Shown here: in pieces, positions 35,315 to 46,881 of the stretch
Layout: every line of letters begins with the position of its first letter
How positions within the stretch are numbered: the stretch's first letter is position 1
NCBI RefSeq assembly: GCF_000737315.1
Contig: NZ_JMCB01000017.1
Location: forward strand, 124,001-188,000
Origin: Hyalangium minutum
GTDB taxonomy: Bacteria > Myxococcota > Myxococcia > Myxococcales > Myxococcaceae
Reading direction: 5' to 3'
Length of the DNA stretch: 64,000 nt
Translations under genes and position numbers: made by a program
The notes under the pieces: generated by a model
Seen by the model: the letters and a program-made list of their open reading frames with translations, nothing else
Told to the model about the DNA's origin: nothing
Databases searched by the model: none

Positions 35315-36928
35315 ATGGACATCCTGATCACGCGTCGGGAGAAGTCCGTCCATGTGCCCTTGGAGCGACTTCCGGACGGGAGTTGGTCCGCTCGGGAGGG
35401 TGATGACCTTCGCATCCGTGTGCGTGCGTCCACACCCGCAGCGGTCACCCTCGCGGGGGCGATGCTCACGCTTGAGCACGTTACCCAGGAAGGGAATGTG
35501 CTTGAGACCTGCTTCCGGCTGAGCATCGAGACGTGGGCAGGCCGGGCGCGGCTCCTGGTACAAGCAGGACAGACAGAACAGACGGAGGCGCTCGATGTGA
35601 GTCCCCATCCCGGCAAGCTGGGCGTGGATGCCTACCGGGAGATGCTGGCGGAGCTGGTTGCTATCTCCAAGGATCTGCCCTGGGGACTGGGGCCGGGCTC
35701 CCATGCTGCGACTCGAGCCGACGAGTCGCCAATGCTGGTGCATGCGAGCGTCATCGACGCGGAGTTGCCAGCACTGCTCCAGGCGCTCCGCAGGCTGGCG
35801 CTCGATCCGCTGAGCTGGACGCGGCGAGAACGCGTCCTGGAGCGACTGCCCGCCAACCGGCGCGTGGATCCCGCCAGCTTCCGGTGGCTGGTGGCTCACC
35901 CACGAGCCCTGGGTGCAGTTCGGCCTTCCTCGCCCACGCAGTCGGCCGATTCTGGCGTCTTCATCGAACAGCGCCGCATCCAGAGCACGCTGGATCACCC
36001 AGCCACCCGCTACCTGAGCTACCTGCTTGAGCGACTGCTGCGAACGCTTCGGCGCAGTTCCAAGGCCTTTCACCAGATTTCGGGCCGAGAGCCCCGGGCG
36101 ATTGAGTACGCCCATGTGCTGGATGCCGCGACAGAGGAGATTGAAGCAACTTTGGGGCGCGTCCCATTCAAGGGCGTGCTTCCCGAGCCTCTTGGCCCAG
36201 GCTCATTGCAGGCCGTGATCGATCATCCCAGCTACGCGAGGGTTCAGCGCCTGGCCCAGCGCCTGTTGGATCCAGGCATGCAACTGGATGAGCAGGGCGC
36301 CTTCTCCTCCAGCCTTGGGTATACCTACGAGCTGTTCGAGTTGCTGGCCCTCTACCGACTGGCGGGTGGACTTTCGCGGGAGCTCGGGGAGGCGTGGACC
36401 TGCACGAGCACGCCTCCCCGTAGCTCTGGGCTGTTGGAGCGTCCACCTTTCGGATGTGTTTGGCGAGCCGCCTCGGTGAATGGACTGGTGCTAGAACTGC
36501 ACTACCAGCGAACGTTCACGGCTTGGTCCGAGCAAGGCCTGCACTTCCAGAGCCTGAGTGGTGAGCGACGCCCTGACTATGTCCTCCTGATCCTGCGTGA
36601 GGACAAGCCGCTGGGGTGGATCGTACTGGATGCCAAGTACCGTTCCAGTCGTGACGCCATTCACCAAGGGCTGGCGGATCTTCATGTGTACCGGGACTCA
36701 CTCCGTTGGCATGGGCAACCCGCTCGGGCTGGCTTCATCCTAGTGCCTCAAACGACGGAGGGCGCCAGTGCCTACGCGACCGCGAGCTATCATCAGACCC
36801 ATCACTTCGGAGCACTCATCCTCCAGGCCTCCGAGTGGTGGACACCGATCTTGAATGAGATTCAGGAGGCGTCTGGCCTTGCGCACTACCGATTCCCTAC
36901 GTCCCGCACGCCATCGACCACCGCCTGA
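35315..36928 (+). CDS. McrC-like (DUF2357-type) PD-(D/E)xK nuclease
   Basis: 4 bp after mcrB-like gene; YELF, RPDYVL, LDAKYR. Confidence 0.85.
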   Translation: MDILITRREKSVHVPLERLPDGSWSAREGDDLRIRVRASTPAAVTLAGAMLTLEHVTQEGNVLETCFRLSIETWAGRARLLVQAGQTEQTEALDVSPHPGKLGVDAYREMLAELVAISKDLPWGLGPGSHAATRADESPMLVHASVIDAELPALLQALRRLALDPLSWTRRERVLERLPANRRVDPASFRWLVAHPRALGAVRPSSPTQSADSGVFIEQRRIQSTLDHPATRYLSYLLERLLRTLRRSSKAFHQISGREPRAIEYAHVLDAATEEIEATLGRVPFKGVLPEPLGPGSLQAVIDHPSYARVQRLAQRLLDPGMQLDEQGAFSSSLGYTYELFELLALYRLAGGLSRELGEAWTCTSTPPRSSGLLERPPFGCVWRAASVNGLVLELHYQRTFTAWSEQGLHFQSLSGERRPDYVLLILREDKPLGWIVLDAKYRSSRDAIHQGLADLHVYRDSLRWHGQPARAGFILVPQTTEGASAYATASYHQTHHFGALILQASEWWTPILNEIQEASGLAHYRFPTSRTPSTTA

Positions 36929-37014
36929 CTCGAACTCAGGTATTCATGTGAAGTTCGCGCCCGCGGTAGGTATTTCCATACCCCTTCCCGTCCGGTAGCG
37001 CTGCGAAGGGCGGC

Positions 37015-37311
37015 TCACGTGCCGGAGCACCCCCAGTAGCGCTGAGCGAAGGACTCCTCGCCCCGGCGCCGGCGCACTCCCTCACGGAATCGGATGAACG
37101 CCCACAGCAAACGGGCCCAGGGGTTCCATGGCGCCGGGAGGTAGAGGGCTCGCATGAAGAGCCGCCCTTGCGCTGGGCCCCCACTTCAGAACTCCCGGGT
37201 CTCCAGTCGGGAGCGCTCCGCCGGATCATCGGTCAGCGGTTCGATCCGGTAGATGTCCCAGAACATGTCCTCCCAGCGGGCCTTGCTGAGCGAGCAGACC
37301 CTCCGTCCAGT
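37015..37311 (-). pseudogene. Gene remnant lacking a start, with in-frame TGA at 37186-37188
   Basis: Frame TGRRVCSLSKARWEDMFWDIYRIEPLTDD…EF*SGG…MRALYLP…; the first 40 codons are strongly GC3-biased; abuts the VOC stop. Confidence 0.35.
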
Positions 37312-37706
37312 CAGGACCGAGCCTGACGTTCTCTGTAGATGGCCTCCATATTGTTGCCATCGGGATCGAGCACGAAGGCCGCGTAGTACCCAGCCGGATA
37401 GCCCTTCTCCGTTGGACGCAGCCCCGGAGCGCCGTTATCTGTCCCACCGGCACGCAGGGCTACCGCGTAGAACGCATCCACCTCGGCGCGGCTCTTCGCG
37501 GCAAACGCCGTGTGCTGCTTCACGCTGTGCGGATGAAAGCGGTCAATCCAGAAGACAGGATAGTCAACTCCATAGCCAACGCCGTCCAGACGATCGCTCT
37601 CCCGGAGTTCGATGACACGGCGCATCCCCAGCGCACCCAACGCCGCATCATAAAACGCAGCGGATCTGGGAACGTCCTCAACGCCAATGCCCGTGTGATC
37701 GATCAT
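37311..37706 (-). CDS. VOC/glyoxalase-family protein
   Basis: MIDHTGIGV…SAAFY…HTAF…GGTDNGAPG…YYAAFVLDPDGNNMEA. Confidence 0.92.
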   Translation of the reverse strand: MIDHTGIGVEDVPRSAAFYDAALGALGMRRVIELRESDRLDGVGYGVDYPVFWIDRFHPHSVKQHTAFAAKSRAEVDAFYAVALRAGGTDNGAPGLRPTEKGYPAGYYAAFVLDPDGNNMEAIYRERQARS

Positions 37707-37733
37707 GAACGAGTCGCTCCGTTTGGATGAACC

Positions 37734-39087
<1,354 letters not shown>

Positions 39088-39268
39088 TTGAACCCTCCGT
39101 GAGCCGCTCGCTTCGCAGCCCCCATCCTCGTGGATGAGCCCGAACGAGCGCAGAAGAAGCCTGCCCTCACGGCGGCCAGCTTAACTCTCCGCCCGGTGGC
39201 TTCACCCACACTGTAAGCTCCCCACCAGAAGTGACCCCTGCCCCTCACCTGTTGTAAGAGGTGGACCG

Positions 39269-39664
<396 letters not shown>

Positions 39665-39677
39665 TTTTTTCCCCTTC

Positions 39678-39686
39678 TGCTACACT
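39678..39686 (+). promoter_or_regulatory. Extended -10 promoter candidate giving a leaderless transcript
   Basis: TGcTACACT lies 6 nt before GTG 39693; no RBS. Confidence 0.45.
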
Positions 39687-39692
39687 CCCCGC

Positions 39693-40001
39693 GTGCTTCG
39701 GATCTGGCTCTGCGTCATCGCGCTGCTCTTCGCCTCGGTGAGCGGCTCGGGCTTCGTGCCCGCGCTCTCCTCCGGCGAGGCCTGCTCGCAGAACTGTCCG
39801 GATGATGACTCGCGGGGGCAGTGCAGCCCCGAGTGCGCCGACTGCACCTGCTGTGCGCATCCGCGCCCCGTGGCCCTCAACCGCACCGCGTGGATCCTCG
39901 TGAGCCCGCCCAGCACGCTCCTTCTCGAAGAGAAGGAGCAAGAGCCGCTGTCAGCGCACACGGGTGACATCCTCCACGTCCCCCGATTCTCCCTCGCGTA
40001 G
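39693..40001 (+). CDS. Small exported Cys-rich protein heading the metal-efflux operon (CzcI/DUF2946-like)
   Basis: Signal peptide; CSQNC…CSPECADCTCCAHP; position before czcCBA-type genes. Confidence 0.65.
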   Translation: MLRIWLCVIALLFASVSGSGFVPALSSGEACSQNCPDDDSRGQCSPECADCTCCAHPRPVALNRTAWILVSPPSTLLLEEKEQEPLSAHTGDILHVPRFSLA

Positions 40002-40110
40002 ACCCCCGTTCGCTGTCCCCTCCTCCTCTGAGACCAGGACAGGTGCACCCGTGGAGCGCTCCGGGTCCGCCTGCCCCTGACGCTCGTCTGTCTTCCGCGA
40101 GGTTTCACCC

Positions 40111-41340
40111 ATGTCTCCCCGTCTCGCGACGGCCGCCTTCGGGCTGGCCGCCGCATGCCTCTGGCCGCGCGCAGGTGCGGCCCAGCCGTCCGAGTTCACC
40201 CTCGAAGAGGCCCTGGCCCTGGCTCGCCAGCAGGCCCCCACTGTGCTGGAGGCCCGCGGCCGTGTGGCCGAGGCCCAAGGGCCTGTGGCCGGTGCCTCCC
40301 CCTGGCTGCGCGACAACCCCACCCTGCAGACCGAAGCGGGCCCTCGGACCCGCTCCGGCGGCGAGCAGAGCTTGGACTGGGCCGTGGGCCTCTCCCAGCC
40401 CGTCGAGCTGGGCGGCAAGCGAGGTGCCCGCTTGGAGTCCGCACGCTCCGGCCTCACTCGTGAGAGCGCCCATCAGCAGGACACCGAACGCCTCGTCCTC
40501 GGCGAGGTGATGGCCACCTTCCTGCGCGCGGTGCACGCCCGGGAGCGGCGAGTACTGGCCCGCGCAGCGGAGGACGCGGCCCAGCAGACGGCCCAGGCCG
40601 CCCAGCATCGCTTCGAGGCCGGGGACGTTCCCGTGGTGGATGTCCACGTGGCCCGCGTGGCGCTCGCACGCGCCCGGGCAGAGGTGGCGAGCACCGAAGG
40701 AGAGGAGGCCTCGCTCCTGGGCGAGCTCCGCGTGCTGCTCGGGTTCACCGCTCAACAGCCCCTGGGCGTGCGCGGTGAGCTGCACTCCCTCGCCTCCCAA
40801 CCCCTGCCCCCCATGCTGGGCGGCCCGCCCCGCCCGGACCTCGCCGCTCTGGAGGCCGAGCTGGCCCAGGCCGAGGCAGACCTCCGGCTCGGCCGGAGCG
40901 AGGCCTGGCCGGAGGTCTCTTTAGGGGTTCGCTACCAGCGAGAGGCCCATGAGTCCGCTGTTCTCGGCACCCTGAGCGTGCCCGTGCCGCTGTTCTCCCG
41001 AGGCCAGGAGGCCCGCGTCTCCGGCGAGGCCCGAGTGCACCGCCTCCAAGGCGTGCTCCAGGCCGCGCGCCGCGCCCGGGAAGTCCAGGTGGAGGCGGCC
41101 CTCGCCCGCTACCGCAAGCAGCAGCAGGCCGTGGAGCTCCTCGAGCGCGAGGCCCTCCCGCTGCTGGAAGACAACGAGTCCCTCGCCCGCCGCTCCTATG
41201 AGGCCGGAGAGATGGGCCTCGCCGAGTTCCTCCTCGTGCGCCGGGATGTGCTGGAGACCCGGGCCGCCTACCTCGACAGCCTCCTCCAAGCGGCGCTGGC
41301 CCGCACCCGGCTCGCGGTGGAGACAGGAGCCCTTCCATGA
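40111..41340 (+). CDS. CzcC-like TolC-family outer-membrane factor
   Basis: LSQPVELGGKRGAR, LSVPVPLFSR, YEAGE repeats. Confidence 0.88.
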   Translation: MSPRLATAAFGLAAACLWPRAGAAQPSEFTLEEALALARQQAPTVLEARGRVAEAQGPVAGASPWLRDNPTLQTEAGPRTRSGGEQSLDWAVGLSQPVELGGKRGARLESARSGLTRESAHQQDTERLVLGEVMATFLRAVHARERRVLARAAEDAAQQTAQAAQHRFEAGDVPVVDVHVARVALARARAEVASTEGEEASLLGELRVLLGFTAQQPLGVRGELHSLASQPLPPMLGGPPRPDLAALEAELAQAEADLRLGRSEAWPEVSLGVRYQREAHESAVLGTLSVPVPLFSRGQEARVSGEARVHRLQGVLQAARRAREVQVEAALARYRKQQQAVELLEREALPLLEDNESLARRSYEAGEMGLAEFLLVRRDVLETRAAYLDSLLQAALARTRLAVETGALP

Positions 41341-42527
41341 AGCCCCTTCCGCTCGCGCTGCTCTCCCTGCTCCTCCTGTCCGCGTGCAACCGCGAGGCGC
41401 CTCCGGCCAAGGCTCCGCACGCTCCCGAAGCAGAGGGCGAAGACCATGACCACGCCGACACTCCGGGCGAGGCTCACGTCCGCATTGCTCCGGACATGCT
41501 CCGAGACCTGCGCGTCACCACCGCGCCCGTCAAGGCACGCCCCAGCAGCGAGACCATCACCGTGCTGGGAGAGCTGACCTTCAGCGAGGACGCCTATGCC
41601 GAGGTGGCCTCTCCCATCCCCGCGCGCGTGAGCGCCATCGCCGTGAACACCGGCCAGCAGGTCCAGCAGGGCCAGCGGCTCGCGGAGCTGCGAAGCCCCG
41701 AGCTGGGCAAGGCCCGCGCCGCGCTCCAGGCCGCCCAGGCCCGCGCCACCGCCGCCCGGCAGGCCGCCGAGCGCAAGCGCACCCTCGCCGCCGAGCGCAT
41801 CGTCGCCCAGAAGGAAGTCCAAGCCGCCGAGGCCGAGGCCACCGCCGCCGAGGCCGAGGTCTCCGCAGTCCGTGCGCAGTTGGTGGCCCTGGGCTCGGAC
41901 GGAGCGGAGCGCACCAGCGGGCCCGAGGCTCCCGGGTTCGTGCTGCGCGCCCCCATCGCGGGCACCGTCATCGAGCGCAACGCCCGGCTCGGGCAGATGG
42001 CGGATCCGTCCCAGCCCCTCTTCCGCGTGGGCGACCTGTCTTCCTTGTGGCTCATCGCCCATGCGTTCGAGCGGGATGCCGTGCGCCTCCAGCCGGGCGG
42101 CGAGGCGCGAGTCACCTTCGCGGCCTTCCCCGGCCAGGAGTTCTCCGCGAAGGTCGGCCATGTGGGCCAGCAGGTGGATGCCGCCTCGCGCACCATCCCC
42201 GTGCGGCTGGAGTTGGACAACCGCGAGGGGCTGCTCCGGCCGGGCATGTCCGCCTCGGCCTCGCTCCCGCTGAAGGGCACCGCCTCCATCACCACGGTGC
42301 CCGCCTCTGCGCTCCAGCGACTGGAGAACGGCTGGGTGGCCTTCATCCCCACCCGCGAGGCCGGTGTCTTCGAGCGGCGCGAGGTGGGCCGTGGCCGTCC
42401 CCTGGGAGACGAGGTGGAGGTGCTCGCGGGGTTGAAGGCCGGCGAGCAAGTCGTGGTGGAAGGCGCCTTCCTCCTGAAGGCCGAGGTGGAGAAGTCCAGC
42501 GGCGGAGGAGACGAACATGGGCACTGA
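41337..42527 (+). CDS. CzcB-like RND membrane-fusion lipoprotein
   Basis: Lipobox LLSAC; LRAPIAGTV, LRPGM, GRG…VEVLAGL; His-rich ends. Confidence 0.9.
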   Translation: MKPLPLALLSLLLLSACNREAPPAKAPHAPEAEGEDHDHADTPGEAHVRIAPDMLRDLRVTTAPVKARPSSETITVLGELTFSEDAYAEVASPIPARVSAIAVNTGQQVQQGQRLAELRSPELGKARAALQAAQARATAARQAAERKRTLAAERIVAQKEVQAAEAEATAAEAEVSAVRAQLVALGSDGAERTSGPEAPGFVLRAPIAGTVIERNARLGQMADPSQPLFRVGDLSSLWLIAHAFERDAVRLQPGGEARVTFAAFPGQEFSAKVGHVGQQVDAASRTIPVRLELDNREGLLRPGMSASASLPLKGTASITTVPASALQRLENGWVAFIPTREAGVFERREVGRGRPLGDEVEVLAGLKAGEQVVVEGAFLLKAEVEKSSGGGDEHGH

Positions 42528-45500
42528 CGGCAGCCCCTCGGTGGTCAACCGCATCCTCCGCGCGTCCTTCTCCCGGCCCGGCCTTACCGTGGTGCTGGCC
42601 CTGGCCCTCTCCGCCTTCGGCGCGGTGGCGCTCAGCAACCTCCGCCGCGACGTCTTCCCAGACCTGTCCGCGCCCATCTTCAACGTCATCGTGCAGAACC
42701 CCGCCATGGGCGCCGAGGAGTTGGAGACGGCTGTCGCGATTCCCATGGAGGTGGCGCTCGCGGGCCTGCCGGAGGTCCGCCGCATCCGCTCCACCTCGCA
42801 GCTCGGCGTCACCCAGCTCACCGTGGAGTTCGAGCCGGATGCGGACTACTACCGCAGCCGCCAGTTCATCGCCGAGCGGGTGGCTCAGGCCCAGAACGAG
42901 CTGCCCCCCGGCACGGACGCACCGCTCGTCTCCAGCCTCACCGGACGGCTCAACGAGGTGTTCGAGTTCACCCTGGAGGCGGACCCAGGCGCCGCGGATC
43001 TCATGACGCTGCGCGACCTGGCCGAGTTCGAGGTGAGGAACCGGCTGCTCGCCGTCCCAGGCGTGGCCGGGGTGGAGCGCCTGGGCGGGTACCTGCGGCA
43101 GTTCCAGGTGCTGCTTGATCCGGATCAGCTGATGGCCCGCGGGGTCAGCCTCGGGGACGTGCAGCATGCGTTGGAGGGCGCCAACCTCAACGCCTCGGGC
43201 GGCTTCCTCGTGCAGGGCCCGACGGAGTGGACGGTGCGCGCCATCGGGCGGGCCGAGACGGTGGAGCAGCTGCGCAGCACCGTGGTCGCCATGCGAGCCG
43301 GAACGCCCGTGCTGCTCGGAGACGTGGCCGAGGTCCGCGAGGCCCCCGCCCTGCGCCGGGGCATGGCCCACCGGCTGAAGGGCGAGGTGGTCAGCTGCCG
43401 CATCAGCAAGCAGTTCGGGGCAGACACGATCCGGGTCGCCGCCCGGGTGCGCGAGGCCATCGCCGAGCTGCGCCAAGGCCTCCCTCCCGGCGTGCACCTG
43501 CGCGTCGTGTACGATCAGTCAGAGCTGGTGGACTCCGCGCTCGGCGGCGTGAGCCGGGCCATTCTCCTCGGAGCCTTCCTGGTGGTGCTCGTCCTCTTTG
43601 GCATGCTGGGGGACTGGCGCGCGGCGCTCATCGTCACCCTCACCCTCCCCCTGTCCCTGGCGCTGGCGGGCATCCTGCTGAAGACCGCGGGCATCGGCCT
43701 GAACACCATGACCCTGGGAGGCCTCGCCATCGCCGTGGGCCTGCTCGTGGACGCGGCCATCATCGTCACGGAGAACATCATCCACGATCTCCGAGAAGGT
43801 GGCGGCCGCAGGTCCGTCCGCGAGGAGGCGCTCGCCGCAGCCATGGAGGTGGGCCGCCCCATCGCCTTCGCCACCCTCATCGTCGTGGCCGTCTTCGTTC
43901 CCCTGTTCGCCATGACGGGCATCGAGGGCCGCATGTACCAGCCGCTGGCGGCGGCCGTGGTCGCCTGCCTCGCCGCCTCGCTGGTGCTAGCGCTCACGCT
44001 GGTGCCCGTGGCCTCCGGGTTGCTGCTACGCGCCCCCAAGCCCGAGCAGCCCGAGGACGTCTGGCTCATCCGCAGGGTGAAGGCGTTCTACGCGCCGCTG
44101 CTGGATGCGTGCATGCGCAGGGCCGGACTCGTCCGGCTGGTGGCGCTCGCCATCACCGTGCCCGCCCTGGGGCTGGCCTTCGCGGTGGGCAGCGACTTCA
44201 TGCCCCGGCTGGACGAGGGGGCGCTCCTCCTGCAGACCGTCCTACCGCCGGAGGCCTCGCTGGAGGAGGTGGATCGGCTCAACCACCGGGTGGAGGACGT
44301 GCTGCGCGAGTTCCCCGAGGTGGAGGAGGTGGTCCGCCGCACAGGGCGCGCCGAGCGCACCGAGGACCCGATGCCGCACACCCTCTCGGATGTGCTGGTC
44401 GTCCTGAAGAAGGATCGAACGCGGGGCATGGACACCTTGGAGGCGGAGCTGCGCGAGGCCGTGGAGAAGGTGCCCGGCGTGTCCGTCCTCTTCACCACGC
44501 CCCTGGGCATGCGCATCGACGAGGGCCTGGGCGGCAGCCCCGCGGACCTGTCCGTGCGCATCTTCGGCCCGGATCTGGAGACACTCTCGACCCTGGCCGA
44601 TCGCGCCCGCGACACCCTCGCGAAGGTCCGAGGCGTGGAGGATCTGCGCGTGGAGAAGCTCAGCGGCCTTCCGCAGCTGCGCATCACCGTGGATCGCACC
44701 GCCGTGGCCCGCGTGGGCCTCACCCCCGGAGACGTGATCCGCGCGGTGCGCGTCGGGCTGGTGGGCGAAGAGTCCTCCCAGGTGTGGCGAGGCCAGCGGC
44801 GCTACGACCTGGTGCTGCGGCTGGCCGATCACCGCCGGGGCGACCTCAACGCGCTGCGGAACCTCTGGGTGGATGGACATGACGGCACCCGCATCCCCCT
44901 GAGCCAGCTGGCCACCTTCGAGGAGACCTTCGGCGCGGGCAGCATCCGCCGCGAGGCGGGCAGCCGGCGCATCGCCGTGGAGGCCAGCGTCTCTGGCAGA
45001 GACCTGGGCAGCACGGCGGCCGAGGCCCGGCAGAAGCTCGCGGCGGAGCTGAAGCTGCCCACCGGCTACTTCCTGGACGTGGGCGGTCGGGTGGAGAGCC
45101 AGGAGCGGGCCGCGCAGTCGCTGGCGATCGCCATCGCGGTGGCCATCCTGGGCGTCTTCATCCTGCTGTACCTGGCGCTGGACTCCCTGGCCGAGGCGCT
45201 CGTCATCCTCGCCACGCTGCCGGACGCCTTCGTGGGCGGAATCCTCGCGTTGCTCATCGCCGGAGAGACCTGGAACGTCTCCAGCCTCGTGGGCCTCATC
45301 GGGCTGTTCGGCATCGCCGTCCAGAATGGCCTGGTGCTGGTGGCCCAGACCAAGGACCTGCTGGCCCGGGGCCGTCCCTTCCCCGAGGCCATACGAGAGG
45401 CGAGCCTCGGACGCGTCCGGCCCAAGCTGATGACCGCGGGGACCGCCATCCTCGGCCTGCTGCCGCTGCTGGTGCTGCCGCTGCACGGCACGGAGATCGA

Positions 45501-45636
45501 ACGGCCCCTGGCCGTGGTGATGATCGGCGGACTCCTCACGTCCACCGTCTTCACCCTGCTGGCGCTGCCCACCTTCTATTCCTTCGTCCATGGAATGAGA
45601 GAACGGCTGCGCCCGAGCCAGCGTGACTCCGCGTGA
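42517..45636 (+). CDS. CzcA/CusA-family heavy-metal RND efflux permease
   Basis: DVFPDL, MTLGGLAIAVG..VDAAI, FMPRLDEG, GIAVQNG, RVRPKLMTA. Confidence 0.93.
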   Translation: MGTDGSPSVVNRILRASFSRPGLTVVLALALSAFGAVALSNLRRDVFPDLSAPIFNVIVQNPAMGAEELETAVAIPMEVALAGLPEVRRIRSTSQLGVTQLTVEFEPDADYYRSRQFIAERVAQAQNELPPGTDAPLVSSLTGRLNEVFEFTLEADPGAADLMTLRDLAEFEVRNRLLAVPGVAGVERLGGYLRQFQVLLDPDQLMARGVSLGDVQHALEGANLNASGGFLVQGPTEWTVRAIGRAETVEQLRSTVVAMRAGTPVLLGDVAEVREAPALRRGMAHRLKGEVVSCRISKQFGADTIRVAARVREAIAELRQGLPPGVHLRVVYDQSELVDSALGGVSRAILLGAFLVVLVLFGMLGDWRAALIVTLTLPLSLALAGILLKTAGIGLNTMTLGGLAIAVGLLVDAAIIVTENIIHDLREGGGRRSVREEALAAAMEVGRPIAFATLIVVAVFVPLFAMTGIEGRMYQPLAAAVVACLAASLVLALTLVPVASGLLLRAPKPEQPEDVWLIRRVKAFYAPLLDACMRRAGLVRLVALAITVPALGLAFAVGSDFMPRLDEGALLLQTVLPPEASLEEVDRLNHRVEDVLREFPEVEEVVRRTGRAERTEDPMPHTLSDVLVVLKKDRTRGMDTLEAELREAVEKVPGVSVLFTTPLGMRIDEGLGGSPADLSVRIFGPDLETLSTLADRARDTLAKVRGVEDLRVEKLSGLPQLRITVDRTAVARVGLTPGDVIRAVRVGLVGEESSQVWRGQRRYDLVLRLADHRRGDLNALRNLWVDGHDGTRIPLSQLATFEETFGAGSIRREAGSRRIAVEASVSGRDLGSTAAEARQKLAAELKLPTGYFLDVGGRVESQERAAQSLAIAIAVAILGVFILLYLALDSLAEALVILATLPDAFVGGILALLIAGETWNVSSLVGLIGLFGIAVQNGLVLVAQTKDLLARGRPFPEAIREASLGRVRPKLMTAGTAILGLLPLLVLPLHGTEIERPLAVVMIGGLLTSTVFTLLALPTFYSFVHGMRERLRPSQRDSA

Positions 45637-45762
45637 AATGCCCCCACTCTCCAGGAAATCTGCCGAGTTGCGTGATCCGCTCATTTTCCGGCCCCCGCGC
45701 AACTCTCAGCCGGTGAGAACGATAATGGGTGAAAGCTTTTCCCCCCCTTTCCCGAGATTCCC

Positions 45763-46593
45763 ATGACCACCATCAACCGCACTGCCGCCACCACCACGGC
45801 CGCAGCAGCCTCGCGCAGCACCCCCACCGCTCCCCCCGCCGGCCTGAGCAAGGGCGACTCCGGTCCCCAGGTGAAGCAGCTCCAGGACGCGCTGGTGAAG
45901 CTGAAGTACATGACGGCGGCCCAGGTGGCGACCGGCCCGGGCACCTTCGGCCCGAAGACCGAGGCCGCCGTGAAGAAGTTCCAGGCGGACCACAAGCTGC
46001 CCACCACCGGCTACTACGGCGACCTCACCCACGCCGCGCTGAAGAAGGAGCTGGGCAAGCTGGGCGGCCCCACCGCCCCCACCCCGACGACGCCTTCGAA
46101 CGGCACTTTCAAGAAGCCCCCCGTCATCAACGCGCCCTCGCCCAACTTCAACGAGCGTGGCGGCAAGGACATCGACACGATCGTCCTGCACCACACCGCC
46201 TCCAACAACGGCGCGGGCGACCTGGCCCACATGCGCAACCCCAAGAGTGAGGTGTCCGCGCACTACATGGTGGACCGCGACGGCAAGATCTACCAGCTGG
46301 TGAACGACCAGAAGCGCGCCTGGCACGCGGGCAAGGGCGAGCTGCATGGCGTGCCCACCGACGTGAACGGCCGCTCCATCGGCATCGAGATCGTCAACGA
46401 CGGCGGCGGCAAGACGCCGTACACCGAGGCACAGATGAAGTCGCTCACCCAGCTCACCGGCTACTTGAAGCAGCAGTACAACGTGCCGATGAGCAACATC
46501 GTCGGCCACAAGGACGTGGCGGTGCCCAAGGGCCGCAAGAGCGATCCGTCGGCCAACTTCGACTGGGAGCGGCTGCGCAAGGGCATCTCCTGA
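45763..46593 (+). CDS. N-acetylmuramoyl-L-alanine amidase (Amidase_2) with peptidoglycan-binding domain
   Basis: LSKGDSGPQVKQLQ…FGPKTEAAVKKFQ; LHHTA, SAHY, SIGIEI, GHKDVA, KSDP. Confidence 0.92.
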   Translation: MTTINRTAATTTAAAASRSTPTAPPAGLSKGDSGPQVKQLQDALVKLKYMTAAQVATGPGTFGPKTEAAVKKFQADHKLPTTGYYGDLTHAALKKELGKLGGPTAPTPTTPSNGTFKKPPVINAPSPNFNERGGKDIDTIVLHHTASNNGAGDLAHMRNPKSEVSAHYMVDRDGKIYQLVNDQKRAWHAGKGELHGVPTDVNGRSIGIEIVNDGGGKTPYTEAQMKSLTQLTGYLKQQYNVPMSNIVGHKDVAVPKGRKSDPSANFDWERLRKGIS

Positions 46594-46881
46594 GTCCCTG
46601 CGGAGCCGCCATCGGGCGGAGCCGGGCCGCAGGGCAGAAAGAGCAAGGTTCGCCCTGAGAGTCAGTCTCCAACCTCTCAGAAGCGCGACGGCCCCGTGTC
46701 CCTGCACTTGAGGAACACGGGGCCACCACTTACCGAGTTGAGGGGGCGCTGGGGAGCGTGGCCGCCCCGTTCGACACAAAGTCGACACGTCGGAGACCGC
46801 CGCCGACACGGCGGAGCTGTCGCCGACCCGTCCGAGCACGCTGTGCGCTCACTCACCCACAATGACGCCACGGCTGTGTCC

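Noticed and set aside
37230-37255. GGTTCGATCC resembling a tRNA T-loop
   Set aside because: No T-stem or cloverleaf pairing; lies within the gene remnant.
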